Assembly (NCBI GenBank): GCA_963766645.1
Contig: CAVYAY010000003.1
Coordinates: forward strand, 352,554 to 416,553
Reading direction: 5' to 3'
DNA length: 64,000 nt
Origin: an uncultured Chloroflexia bacterium
Lineage (GTDB): Bacteria; Chloroflexota; Dehalococcoidia; DSTF01; WHTK01
The notes beneath the pieces were generated by a model, which made no database searches, was not told the DNA's origin, and saw only the letters and a list, made by a program, of their open reading frames with translations. Below, in pieces: positions 21,208-29,717 of this stretch; position 1 is the first letter of the stretch, and every line of letters starts with the position of its first letter. Both the position numbers and the translations under genes were made by a program.

Positions 21208-22578
21208 ATGCTTAATAAGGAAGACAACGAACTCGTAACCAACGTCAAACCCGGCGCTCCTATGGGCGAGCTCTTCCGGCGCTTCTGGCTGCCGGTGCTC
21301 CTGGCGGACGACCTGCCTGTTCCCGATTGCGAGCCCGTCAAGGTCAAGATCCTCAACGAGGACCTGCTCGCCTTCCGCGGCACCGACGGCCGCGTCGGCC
21401 TTATCGACGCGTTTTGCCCCCACCGCGGCGCGCCGCTGTTCTTCGGGCGCAACGAAGAGGACGGCCTGCGCTGCGTCTACCACGGCTGGAAGTTTGACGT
21501 TGAAGGCAACTGCGTCGACCTGCCCAGCGCCCCTGAAGGCGACAGCTACAAGGAAAAGATTGACATCATCTCCTACCCCTGCGTCGAAGCCGGCGACCTG
21601 ATCTGGGCCTACATGGGCCCCAAAGACAAGCAACCACCCTTCCCGGCGTTCGAATGGCTCAGCCTGCCTCGCGAAAACCGCTACGTCCGCAAGTTCAAGC
21701 TCGAGTGCAACTACTTGCAGGCCATGGAGGGGGACTACGACCCCAGCCACGCCCGTTTCCTGCACAGCAAGCTTGAAGACGCGAGCATCCCTAGCCCGCT
21801 GGACCCCAACCGGCCCGTCGGAAACCCCGCAACCTTCGCGCCCTCGGACCGGGACGCCAACTCGGACGCCTACCCTCGAATCGTCGGCAATCGACGCGTG
21901 CTTAGCAGGCCGCTGGCCGAGCTGGAGGACACGGACTCCGGCGTCATCGCCATCGGCGCCATAGAGCAGGAAGAGGGCAAGTGGCTGGCCAACCTTAACG
22001 TCACACTGATGCTGCCCATCTTCTGCACAGCGGGTATCGCCGGACCCAACACGTATAGCAGCAACATGCGCATCCCAATTGACAACGAAAGCCTCATGTT
22101 CTTCCGCCTGCGCTGGAGCTATGACCCGATTCCACAGAAGGACATCGACGAGTACACCCAGAAGGACTGGTATTACCCCCAGCTCATGCCGGGGACCGTC
22201 GTCCCGGTTGACAACGTCCACAACAACTACAACATCGACCGCCAGAAGCAGCGCGGCGAAAACTACACCGGAATTCGCACGTTCCCGTTGCAGGACATCG
22301 CCATGATGGAGAACCAGTGGGGCCCCATCGCCGACCGGACGCGTGAGCATCTCACCAGCTGGGACTACATGATCATTCACGTCCGCCAGCGGCTCCTCAA
22401 AGCCGCGAAGGCGATGGCGGACGGCGTCGAGCCGCCGGAGCCGTGGCACCCCGAGGCGTATTGCTACCGCAGGGAACAGGCCGTCGGCGCCACCCGTGAG
22501 GAGGCAATCGCCAACGTCAAAGCCAAGGCGCTCAGCAGCCGGCTGGGAGAACTCGCCAGGGCTACGCAGACCAGGTAG
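21208..22578 (+). CDS. Rieske [2Fe-2S] non-heme-iron oxygenase alpha subunit, phthalate-dioxygenase (class IA-like) family, paralog 1
   Basis: Intact 456 aa. The N-terminus is MLNKEDNELVTNVKPGAPMGELFRRFWLPV. The Rieske motif is CPHRGAPLFFGRNEEDGLRCVYHGW. The Fe site is NYLQAMEGDYDPSHARFLH. Confidence 0.9.
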   Translation: MLNKEDNELVTNVKPGAPMGELFRRFWLPVLLADDLPVPDCEPVKVKILNEDLLAFRGTDGRVGLIDAFCPHRGAPLFFGRNEEDGLRCVYHGWKFDVEGNCVDLPSAPEGDSYKEKIDIISYPCVEAGDLIWAYMGPKDKQPPFPAFEWLSLPRENRYVRKFKLECNYLQAMEGDYDPSHARFLHSKLEDASIPSPLDPNRPVGNPATFAPSDRDANSDAYPRIVGNRRVLSRPLAELEDTDSGVIAIGAIEQEEGKWLANLNVTLMLPIFCTAGIAGPNTYSSNMRIPIDNESLMFFRLRWSYDPIPQKDIDEYTQKDWYYPQLMPGTVVPVDNVHNNYNIDRQKQRGENYTGIRTFPLQDIAMMENQWGPIADRTREHLTSWDYMIIHVRQRLLKAAKAMADGVEPPEPWHPEAYCYRREQAVGATREEAIANVKAKALSSRLGELARATQTR

Positions 22579-22625
22579 CCCTCCGCCATGCCATTTGTCA
22601 TCGATTCAAAGTAGGGACGGCATAA

Positions 22626-24062
22626 ATGCTCAGCAAACAGGACAACGAACTTCTCACCAGGGTTGGACCCGGCACCCCAATGGGCGATCTCATGCGCGAG
22701 TACTGGGTACCCGCGCTCCCCTCGGCCGAGTTCGACGCGCCGGATTCGCCGCCGAAGCGGATGCGCCTCCTCGGTGAAAACCTGGTCATGTTCCGCGACT
22801 CCAACGGCGAGATGGGCTGTTTCGTCGAGTCCTGTCCCCATCGCGGCGCCAGCCTGTTCTTCGGCCGTAACGAAGAGGCCGGCCTGCGCTGCGTCTACCA
22901 CGGTTGGAAGTTCGACACGACCGGCGCCTGCGTCGACATGCCGTCCGAGCCCGCCGAGTCCAACTTCAAGAACAAGGTGCGCGTCCGCGCCTACCCCTGC
23001 CGCGACGTCAACCACATGGTCTGGGTCTACATGGGCCCGCGCGAAGTGCCGCCGGAGTTCCCGGCCTTTGAGGTCAACACGCTGCCGCCCGAGAACGTCG
23101 CGCCGCCCGCCATCATGATGGAAGAGGCGAACTGGTTCCAGAACCTGGAGGGGGACACCGACTCTAACCACCTCGACTACCTGCACTCCCGACTCGATGC
23201 CTTCCGCTGGCGTCTGTTCGACGAGAAGCCGAGGGAGGCTCGCGACCCGGACTCTTCTTCACGGTCTGGAGCGACAAGATGCCGCGTCTGGACGTCAGGA
23301 CCACCGACTACGGCGTCTACTACTCCGCCCGGCGCAACTGGGACGACGAGTTCAACGAGCGGCGCCCGGGCGACAAGACGCCGTATGAATGGCATCGCAT
23401 CAACCAATTCATCTTCCCGTTCCACACCATGATCACAGGTGGCAACACTGTTGTCCTGCGCTCCTTCGTCCCGCTGGACGACGAACTGGGCGATGTTGAT
23501 CACGCAACGCGGCAGCCTCACCGAACGACTGTATGACCCCAACAATTCCTTCCCTACTCCGCTCGAGGCGCAGGTTGGCTTCGTAGATCGAACCAGTGAC
23601 CCTCGGACGTATTTCATGACGAAGGCTAACCGCCTCAACGACTACAACCGGGATTATGAGGTCGAGCGCACGCAGATGGTCTCCGGCGTACCGGCAATTG
23701 GAAACCTCCAGGACCGTGCCATGACGGAGCTGATGGCGAATGAGAAGGGCGAGCGCATTTATGACCGCTCCCGGGAACACCTCGGCTCCCTCGACATCAT
23801 GTGCATCGCCGTAAGGCGCCAGGTCCTCAAGGCTGTCAAGGCATACAGCCAGGACGGAGTGTTGCCGCCCAACGTTGATAACGTGAGCCTTGACCAGGTC
23901 CGCCCGGCCACGGTCGTCCTGCCCGTGGGCGCCGATTGGGTCCAGGAGACAGCGGCATATCGCAGCGGCAGCAGCGGCGCGCCGGTCGCCTGGGAAATCA
24001 AACCACTAAGCTACCTGGCACAGCCAGAGCCGATAGAGGCCATTGGAGGTGGCAGCGGATAG
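22626..24062 (+). pseudogene. Rieske oxygenase alpha subunit paralog 2, two frame changes (about 23.25 and 23.49 kb)
   Basis: MLSKQDNELLTRVGPGTPMGDLMREYWVP, CPHRGASLFFGRNEEAGLRCVYHGW and NLEGDTDSNHLDYLH are in ORF 22626..23432. The middle is in ORF 23279..23536. The C-terminal domain is in ORF 23439..24062. Confidence 0.85.
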
Positions 24063-24248
24063 TCGTGCAGCTCAGCGTCGCGGCGGAGTTTTGGCAACCG
24101 CGACGCGATGAGAGGAGGACCACGGTAGAGGCCAAATCCACCAATCATCTGATTGTCGCCTCGAATGGCACGGACCACCGAAGGACGGAGACCGATTCGG
24201 TGAATCTACCCCGACAAAGGGTTGGATAGAAAGAAGAGGAGCGCAACA

Positions 24249-26162
24249 ATGCAAGATTCCTACTGGAACAAGACGCTAAACCGTCGTCTCACCAGGAGGC
24301 GCGCGATCAAGCTCGGTGGAGCTTCGGCAGCAGCCGCGGCGTTTCTCGCGGCGTGCGGCGGTGACGACGACAGCGGTGGCGGCACCACCAGCGGCGGCGG
24401 CACCACCAGCGGCGGCGGAACCGCCGGCACGGGCGCGACACCTGCTCCCGCTGCGACCGAGGAGAACGGGCTGGTTAAGAAGCCCGTATACATCGAGCCG
24501 AAAGACGCCAAGCGCGGCGGCAAGCTGGTCGACTTCACGACCGCTGAGCCGCGCAGCCTCGACCCGGTAAACCCGCTGGCCGACCTCAACAACACGATCG
24601 CCGAGACGATGCAGACACTGATTACAGAGAAGCCAGGCAAGCTCGAAACTTCGAAGTACGAGCTCACCGGCGCCGTCGCGGAGTCGTGGGAGGTCACGCC
24701 TGACCAGATCACGTTCCACCTCCGGCCCGGTATGAAGTGGCACAACATCGACCCGGTGAACGGCCGCGAAGTCAACGCTGAGGACGTCCTTTTCAGCTTT
24801 GAGCACCACCACGACGTTGGAGCCCTTTCGACGCTGGTCTGGGAGGACCGCGGCGGCTTCTGCAAGACGGCTTCCGCCCCGGACGCCCACACCGTCGTGA
24901 TCCCCTTGACGATTCCGCTCGCCTACGCGGTGAACTGGTTCGCGGCTTTCGGCAGCTACACCGGCCAAATCATGATGTTCCCCAAGGAAGCCGGCGGCGC
25001 CTACGACCCCAAGAACACGGTCATCGGGACCGGACCCTGGTACATTTCGGCACATGAGCCGTCTGTCAGCTTCACGCTAACCCGGTTCGAAGATTACTGG
25101 GACCCGGACTACGCGCTGATCGACGAGATCTTCATGCCGATCATCCCCGACTACACGGCTGCCCAGTCTCAGCTCATCGCAGGCCAGATTCACTTCGGCA
25201 GGCCCGGCAACGACATCGTCCGGCCCACCGACCTTTTGTCCGTGATTAAGAACCAGCCAAAGCTCGAGGTGTTTGACGGTGGTACCCAACCCGCGACGTC
25301 CGTCATTACTTTCGGCATCGAGGGAGAGAATCCCTACAAGGACGAGCGTGTTCGACAGGCCATCTCGATGGCTTTCGACCGCGACCTCGATATCGACGTC
25401 CGCTCCAACGTCAAGGAGCTGCAGGACGCCGGCTACCCGATTAACGGCTACTGGAACACACACCTTGGCGCGCGCGACGCCTACCGCGCCAACGGCTTCT
25501 GGTTGGACCCGCAGAGCAGCGAATTCGGCGAGAACGCGAAGTACTTCCAGTACAACCTCGACGAAGCCAAGAAGCTGCTTGCGGCCGCCAATTACCCCAA
25601 CGGGTTCGACGTCAAGTTCTTCTACCCGCATGCCCAGCAGTTCGACCGCGCCAACGTCGTCCAGCCCTACTTCTTCTACCTGCAGGAGCTCGGCTTGAAC
25701 GTCATTGACTCCGGTATCGAGGACTACACCGGCGGTTACATCCCGAATGACCGCGATGCTTCCGGCTCCTTCGACGGCATCGGTTACCACTCGGTCACCG
25801 GCACCATCCCCAGCGTGCTCGACCCAACCAGCGCGCTGGTCGCCGAGCAGCTGCCGTCTTCCGGCGTCACCTTCCACGGCTACTCGCTGGACGGTGGCAC
25901 TGGCAAAACCGGCGACCCGGCCCTGATCGAAATCCTCAACAAGGCCCGGATCGAGATGGACACCGAGAAGCGCAAGGCCTTGGTCCACGAGGCGCAGCAG
26001 TACCTCGGCAAGGCCATGTGGAGCCTCATGGAGCCTGGTCAGGCCGACACGTTCATGGTTTCCTGGCCGGCGGTCAAGAACCAGAGGGTGTACGACAGCG
26101 CCTGCGCGAACTGGGAGAAGTACCAGTTGTGGTTGGACACCACACTGGCGCCCTTCGCGTAG
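24249..26162 (+). CDS. ABC-transporter family-5 (peptide/nickel/oligosaccharide type) solute-binding lipoprotein with Tat signal
   Basis: ATG 24249 follows AAGAGGAG. The twin-arginine signal plus lipobox reads RRLTRRRAIKLGGASAAAAAFLAACGG. The large mature domain fits the SBP_bac_5 pattern by eye. No permease or ATPase gene is adjacent. Confidence 0.75.
   Translation: MQDSYWNKTLNRRLTRRRAIKLGGASAAAAAFLAACGGDDDSGGGTTSGGGTTSGGGTAGTGATPAPAATEENGLVKKPVYIEPKDAKRGGKLVDFTTAEPRSLDPVNPLADLNNTIAETMQTLITEKPGKLETSKYELTGAVAESWEVTPDQITFHLRPGMKWHNIDPVNGREVNAEDVLFSFEHHHDVGALSTLVWEDRGGFCKTASAPDAHTVVIPLTIPLAYAVNWFAAFGSYTGQIMMFPKEAGGAYDPKNTVIGTGPWYISAHEPSVSFTLTRFEDYWDPDYALIDEIFMPIIPDYTAAQSQLIAGQIHFGRPGNDIVRPTDLLSVIKNQPKLEVFDGGTQPATSVITFGIEGENPYKDERVRQAISMAFDRDLDIDVRSNVKELQDAGYPINGYWNTHLGARDAYRANGFWLDPQSSEFGENAKYFQYNLDEAKKLLAAANYPNGFDVKFFYPHAQQFDRANVVQPYFFYLQELGLNVIDSGIEDYTGGYIPNDRDASGSFDGIGYHSVTGTIPSVLDPTSALVAEQLPSSGVTFHGYSLDGGTGKTGDPALIEILNKARIEMDTEKRKALVHEAQQYLGKAMWSLMEPGQADTFMVSWPAVKNQRVYDSACANWEKYQLWLDTTLAPFA
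24372..24425 (+). repeat. 3 x 18-nt tandem repeat encoding the (SGGGTT)-type linker after the lipobox Cys
   Basis: The units are AGCGGTGGCGGCACCACC / AGCGGCGGCGGCACCACC / AGCGGCGGCGGAACCGCC, read directly from the sequence. Confidence 0.85.
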
Positions 26163-26185
26163 CAGCTACTTCGCACGTAACTTTG

Positions 26186-26210
26186 GAGGGGTGGACTGAG
26201 TCCACCCCTC
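26186..26210 (+). terminator. Stem-loop downstream of the SBP gene
   Basis: GAGGGGTGGAC-TGA-GTCCACCCCTC is a perfect 11-bp stem lying 24 nt after the stop. It is followed by TTGCATCC, a weak U-tract. Confidence 0.55.
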
Positions 26211-26451
26211 TTGCATCCTCAAAGCAGAGGTGCTGCAGCTTGAGATTCCGTCTTCTCCCGCTGCGTTCCTTACGCTGCTGCTGGTCTCCTGTTACCGTGG
26301 CGGCAAACGCGTGCCGCAACGAACGGGCAGGTCACCATGCGGTTCCGGGCTGCTCTCCCCTCAAGCGGCTTCAGGATAGCCTCGATGCAACCAGTGACTT
26401 TCAAGCTTGGAATCGTCAATCGATGTGCTTATGCTGAGCCGGCTAATTCTT

Positions 26452-27522
26452 ATGCAAAGTGTACTCTCGCAGCGCCGAAAACACTTCGAGCGCCGCTCCG
26501 AATCGAATAGGGGAGCGCAAACTCCCAAGAAACTCGGCCTCCGATCCCTGATTCTTGTTTCCTGCTCCTTACTTCTCTTCGCTGCGTCTGCCTGTGGCGG
26601 CGGTTCCGACGGCGGCAGCAGCGACTGGCGGGTCGTCATGTCCGACCTTCCTGCCGGCCTCACCTGCGTATGGGGCACCAGCGCGACGGATATCTGGGCC
26701 ATCGGCGGCGATCCGAACGATACCGGCAACACGGTTAAGCACTTCGATGGCACCCAGTGGCAGGACATGACCACCGGCTCCAAAGGCGACCTCTGGTGGG
26801 TCTACGGCTTTTCGGGTGGAAGCACCTTTTTCGGCGGGGCTAACGGACTCATTCTGCGCTACAAGGACGGGCAGTTCGAGGCCATGGACACCCCCGGAGA
26901 CGCCACCGTCTACGGCCTCTGGGGCACGAGCGAGGACGACCTCTGGGCTGTCGGCGGTAATGTCGGCTCCGACGCCTTCGCCTGGCGCTACGACGGCACG
27001 TCATGGACCAACGCCGAAGGCTTCCCGCCGGTGCTCGCCAAATCCGAATCGCTCTTCAAGGTCTGGGGCTCGTCCGCGGATGACGTCTGGATGGTGGGTA
27101 CGGAAGGCACCATTGTCCACTACGACGGCAACCGCGTGACCCAGGTCAAGTCCAACACCACGCGAGACCTCTTCACCGTTTCAGGCAGAGAGGGTCTTGC
27201 CGCGACCGTTGGCGGCTTCAGCACCGGCGTCATTCTCGAGAACGATGGCAGCGGCTGGCAAGACGTAACGCCTGACAAGACGCCCCAGCTAGTGGGCGTC
27301 GTCGTCGCCAGCGACACGGCTTACGCCGTCGGCATCGCGGGCACCGTCGAGCAGCGAAACAGCAACGGGGAGTGGAAGCCCGTCAAGACGGGAATCAAGA
27401 CATCGCTCACTATTCACACCATCTGGGTGGATCCCGATGGCGGCGTCTGGGCAGTAGGGGGTGACGTACTATCCTCGCCGCTCAAAGACGGGATTATGAT
27501 TCAAAAACCGCCGCAAGACTGA
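26452..27522 (+). CDS. Secreted/lipoprotein beta-propeller (about 7 blades), family unknown
   Basis: The signal with candidate lipobox reads LILVSCSLLLFAASACGG. A blade motif recurs: DIWAIGG..HFDGTQW, DLWAVGG..RYDGTSW, DVWMVGTEGTIVHYDGNRV and GVWAVGG. The start is uncertain (26407, 26431 or 26452). Confidence 0.6.
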   Translation: MQSVLSQRRKHFERRSESNRGAQTPKKLGLRSLILVSCSLLLFAASACGGGSDGGSSDWRVVMSDLPAGLTCVWGTSATDIWAIGGDPNDTGNTVKHFDGTQWQDMTTGSKGDLWWVYGFSGGSTFFGGANGLILRYKDGQFEAMDTPGDATVYGLWGTSEDDLWAVGGNVGSDAFAWRYDGTSWTNAEGFPPVLAKSESLFKVWGSSADDVWMVGTEGTIVHYDGNRVTQVKSNTTRDLFTVSGREGLAATVGGFSTGVILENDGSGWQDVTPDKTPQLVGVVVASDTAYAVGIAGTVEQRNSNGEWKPVKTGIKTSLTIHTIWVDPDGGVWAVGGDVLSSPLKDGIMIQKPPQD

Positions 27523-27561
27523 GATTGACATGGATCTTGTGTCCGCCTATCGTGAACGCCC

Positions 27562-29178
27562 ATGTCCACGAACGTGATCGATGGGCCGGAATCGACTCCT
27601 CGGTCCCTTCAGGGACACGCAGCGCCCATGCCCGCGCCTGCAACAGGCCACTCGGTTCGCCTCGGCGCGCGCGACTACCCGGTGCTGCTCCCGAACCTCC
27701 GCGACACACGGCTCCACGTCGCCGCAGTGATCGTGTCAATCCACGTACTCGGCCAGATCGCGCTGGACTTCCAGGTGTCGGTCCCGCAGATACTTGCCGC
27801 GATCTTCAGCTGCGCAGTGTTCGAGGTAGTGGCGCAGTTCGCGACCCGGCGCGTGATCGCCTGGCCGGCGAGCGCGATGCTGACCGGCAGCGGCGTGGCC
27901 TTAATCCTCCGTGATACCGGCATCGATGCCGGCCAACATTGGAGCTTCGAGCACTGGTGGTGGTTCGCGCTAATCGCGACCGGATCGCTGGCGACCAAGT
28001 ACCTGATTCGATGGCGGGGCTCGAACCTGCTCAACCCGTCGAACTTCGGCCTCGTCGTCGCGTTCCTCCTGCTCGGCGGCGACCGCATCGAACCGCTCGA
28101 CTTCTGGTGGGCGCCGCTTGGCGCACCGATGGTCGGCGCATACCTCGTCATCATCGCCGGTGGCGTGCTGATCACGAGACGGGCCGCGCTGCTCGAGATG
28201 GCTACCGCCTTCTGGGCGACGCTGGCCGCCTGTCTCGGCGCCCTCGCCCTAGCCGGCCACTGCATGGTGACGTCGTGGTCGCTGCAGCCGGTCTGCGGAG
28301 CCCGCTTCTGGTGGACAGTGATATCGTCGCCCGAGACGATGATCTTCCTGTTCTTCATGATCACCGACCCCCGCACCATCCCGACCGGACGTCGCGGGCG
28401 AGTCGCGTTCGGCATCTGCGTCGGCGTGGTCAGCGCGCTGCTCATCGCTCCTCAGCAGACCGAGTTCGGTGCGAAGGTCGGCCTCCTCGGAGGGCTCGTC
28501 GTCGTATGCGCCGCCCGCCCGGCCGTCGTTTGGCTGAACGAGCGCTTCGGGGAGCGCCGCACCAGCCGACACCTCGCCGGTTGGGTTCGCGTCCCTTCAA
28601 TCGCCGTCGGCGCCGCTGCGTTGCTGGTGGTGGTTGCGCTCGCCGGCGGACCCGCTCGCGCCGCCAGGTCGCCGCTCGACGACCCGTCCGGTGCCGACCC
28701 ACGCGACATCGTGCCGGTCGTCGACACGGCGGCCTTGCCCGAGGTGACGGCTGAAGATCGGGTCTTCGATCTCATGGGCGCCGACGCCGACCTGGTCGCG
28801 GTCGCCACGGAGTTGGTGCGGAACCTAGAGGTCGAGTCGATCGCCGTCGCGGCGCGAGACCACGACTTGCTGACCGCCGTCGATCACGGCGTGCGCCTCG
28901 AGGAGCTCGGCCAGCGTATCGAAGCCGCCGGCGAGGATGGTGCGATCACGACCGAGTCCTACGAATTCGCCTCGATGCATTTCGACATGATCCGAGGCGA
29001 GGGGCAGGGCAGCCTCAGCGTCGGCGTCATCGCGACCGGCACGGTCACCGAGCACCTCACGAAACCCGGCGGGTCGTCCAGTGAGATCGCGACTGCACCG
29101 TTCGAGCGCACCTTCGCGATGCGCCCGGGCGACGACGGTCGCTGGTTCCTCGTCGCGGTCACGACAGCCGAGCGCTGA
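27562..29178 (+). CDS. Polytopic membrane protein with RnfD/NqrB-like motifs and a ~190-aa soluble C-terminal domain
   Basis: Intact 538 aa with about 8 hydrophobic segments. It contains LLNPSNFGLVVAFLLLGG and IFLFFMITDPRTIP, which resemble RnfD/NqrB signatures. I saw no SGAT flavinylation motif. The C-terminal domain ends DDGRWFLVAVTT. Confidence 0.55.
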   Translation: MSTNVIDGPESTPRSLQGHAAPMPAPATGHSVRLGARDYPVLLPNLRDTRLHVAAVIVSIHVLGQIALDFQVSVPQILAAIFSCAVFEVVAQFATRRVIAWPASAMLTGSGVALILRDTGIDAGQHWSFEHWWWFALIATGSLATKYLIRWRGSNLLNPSNFGLVVAFLLLGGDRIEPLDFWWAPLGAPMVGAYLVIIAGGVLITRRAALLEMATAFWATLAACLGALALAGHCMVTSWSLQPVCGARFWWTVISSPETMIFLFFMITDPRTIPTGRRGRVAFGICVGVVSALLIAPQQTEFGAKVGLLGGLVVVCAARPAVVWLNERFGERRTSRHLAGWVRVPSIAVGAAALLVVVALAGGPARAARSPLDDPSGADPRDIVPVVDTAALPEVTAEDRVFDLMGADADLVAVATELVRNLEVESIAVAARDHDLLTAVDHGVRLEELGQRIEAAGEDGAITTESYEFASMHFDMIRGEGQGSLSVGVIATGTVTEHLTKPGGSSSEIATAPFERTFAMRPGDDGRWFLVAVTTAER

Positions 29179-29442
29179 CGTTCGCTCCCCACGGGGGACG
29201 GGCGACCGAGGGAGGCGTCTGACTCGGAGACCAGGCGGGCTACGCCATCGGAATCGAGGCTGGCGTTTGCAGCCTGTCGACGGTGTCTGAACACTGATCG
29301 AGTCCAATGTACGCGTAGCCGTCTTGCTGCATTCCGTCTCGGTCGAACCCCAGTGGCTGCGTCTGGGCCGTCGGCGGCCACATCTCTCATTGCCGCTCAT
29401 CGATGGAGTTATCATCTATACGGCCCCGCCCAATCAAACATA

Positions 29443-29717
29443 ATGATCTCGTATCGCAGGAGCATAGCAATCATCCCCTCGCTGACGCCAATTGCGGCGC
29501 TGGTGCTGGCTGCCTGTGGCGGCTCAGAGAGTGTCTGCGGCGACGAAGGCACGTCAGCTGCGTCTGGGCCGGCACGGGCGCCTTCGGCTTCAACGGTGAC
29601 GGCTCACCCTCAAGGGCAGCCGCCTCTACTGGCCAATGGACCTTCACTTTCGGCCCCGACTGCACCGGCTGGACCCTCGACTGGAACGCGGTCCGGGAGG
29701 CATCCGATGGAATCTGA
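29443..29717 (+). pseudogene. Short lipoprotein-like remnant carrying a single NHL-like unit, frameshifted
   Basis: MISYRRSIAIIPSLTPIAALVLAACGG is in the frame of ORF 29353..29760. AGTGAFGFNGDGSPS...FTFGPDCTGWTLDWNAVR is in the frame of ORF 29403..29717. It overlaps the 5-prime end of the next ORF. Confidence 0.4.

Noticed and set aside
20912-21238. 108-aa ORF containing CVHHWCIESPNGSP, which reminded me of small zinc-ribbon-like proteins
   Set aside because: No second Cys pair follows. The ORF runs through the candidate promoter/operator and overlaps the Rieske start by 31 nt. I cannot name the family with confidence. It is possibly a decayed remnant, but I do not call it.
20608-22449. 613-aa minus-strand ORF, the longest in this area
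   Set aside because: It runs antisense to the well-supported Rieske oxygenase gene 21208..22578. It has a Val/Ala/Gly/Asp-rich low-complexity composition typical of antisense frames in GC-rich DNA and contains no recognisable motif.
18167-26450. Search for an integrase, transposase or direct repeat of the tRNA-Ala 3-prime end that would define a mobile island
   Set aside because: No recombinase-like ORF is present and I found no repeat of GGTTCGAATCCCCCCAGCTCCACCA by eye. A computational repeat search is needed, so I did not call a mobile element.
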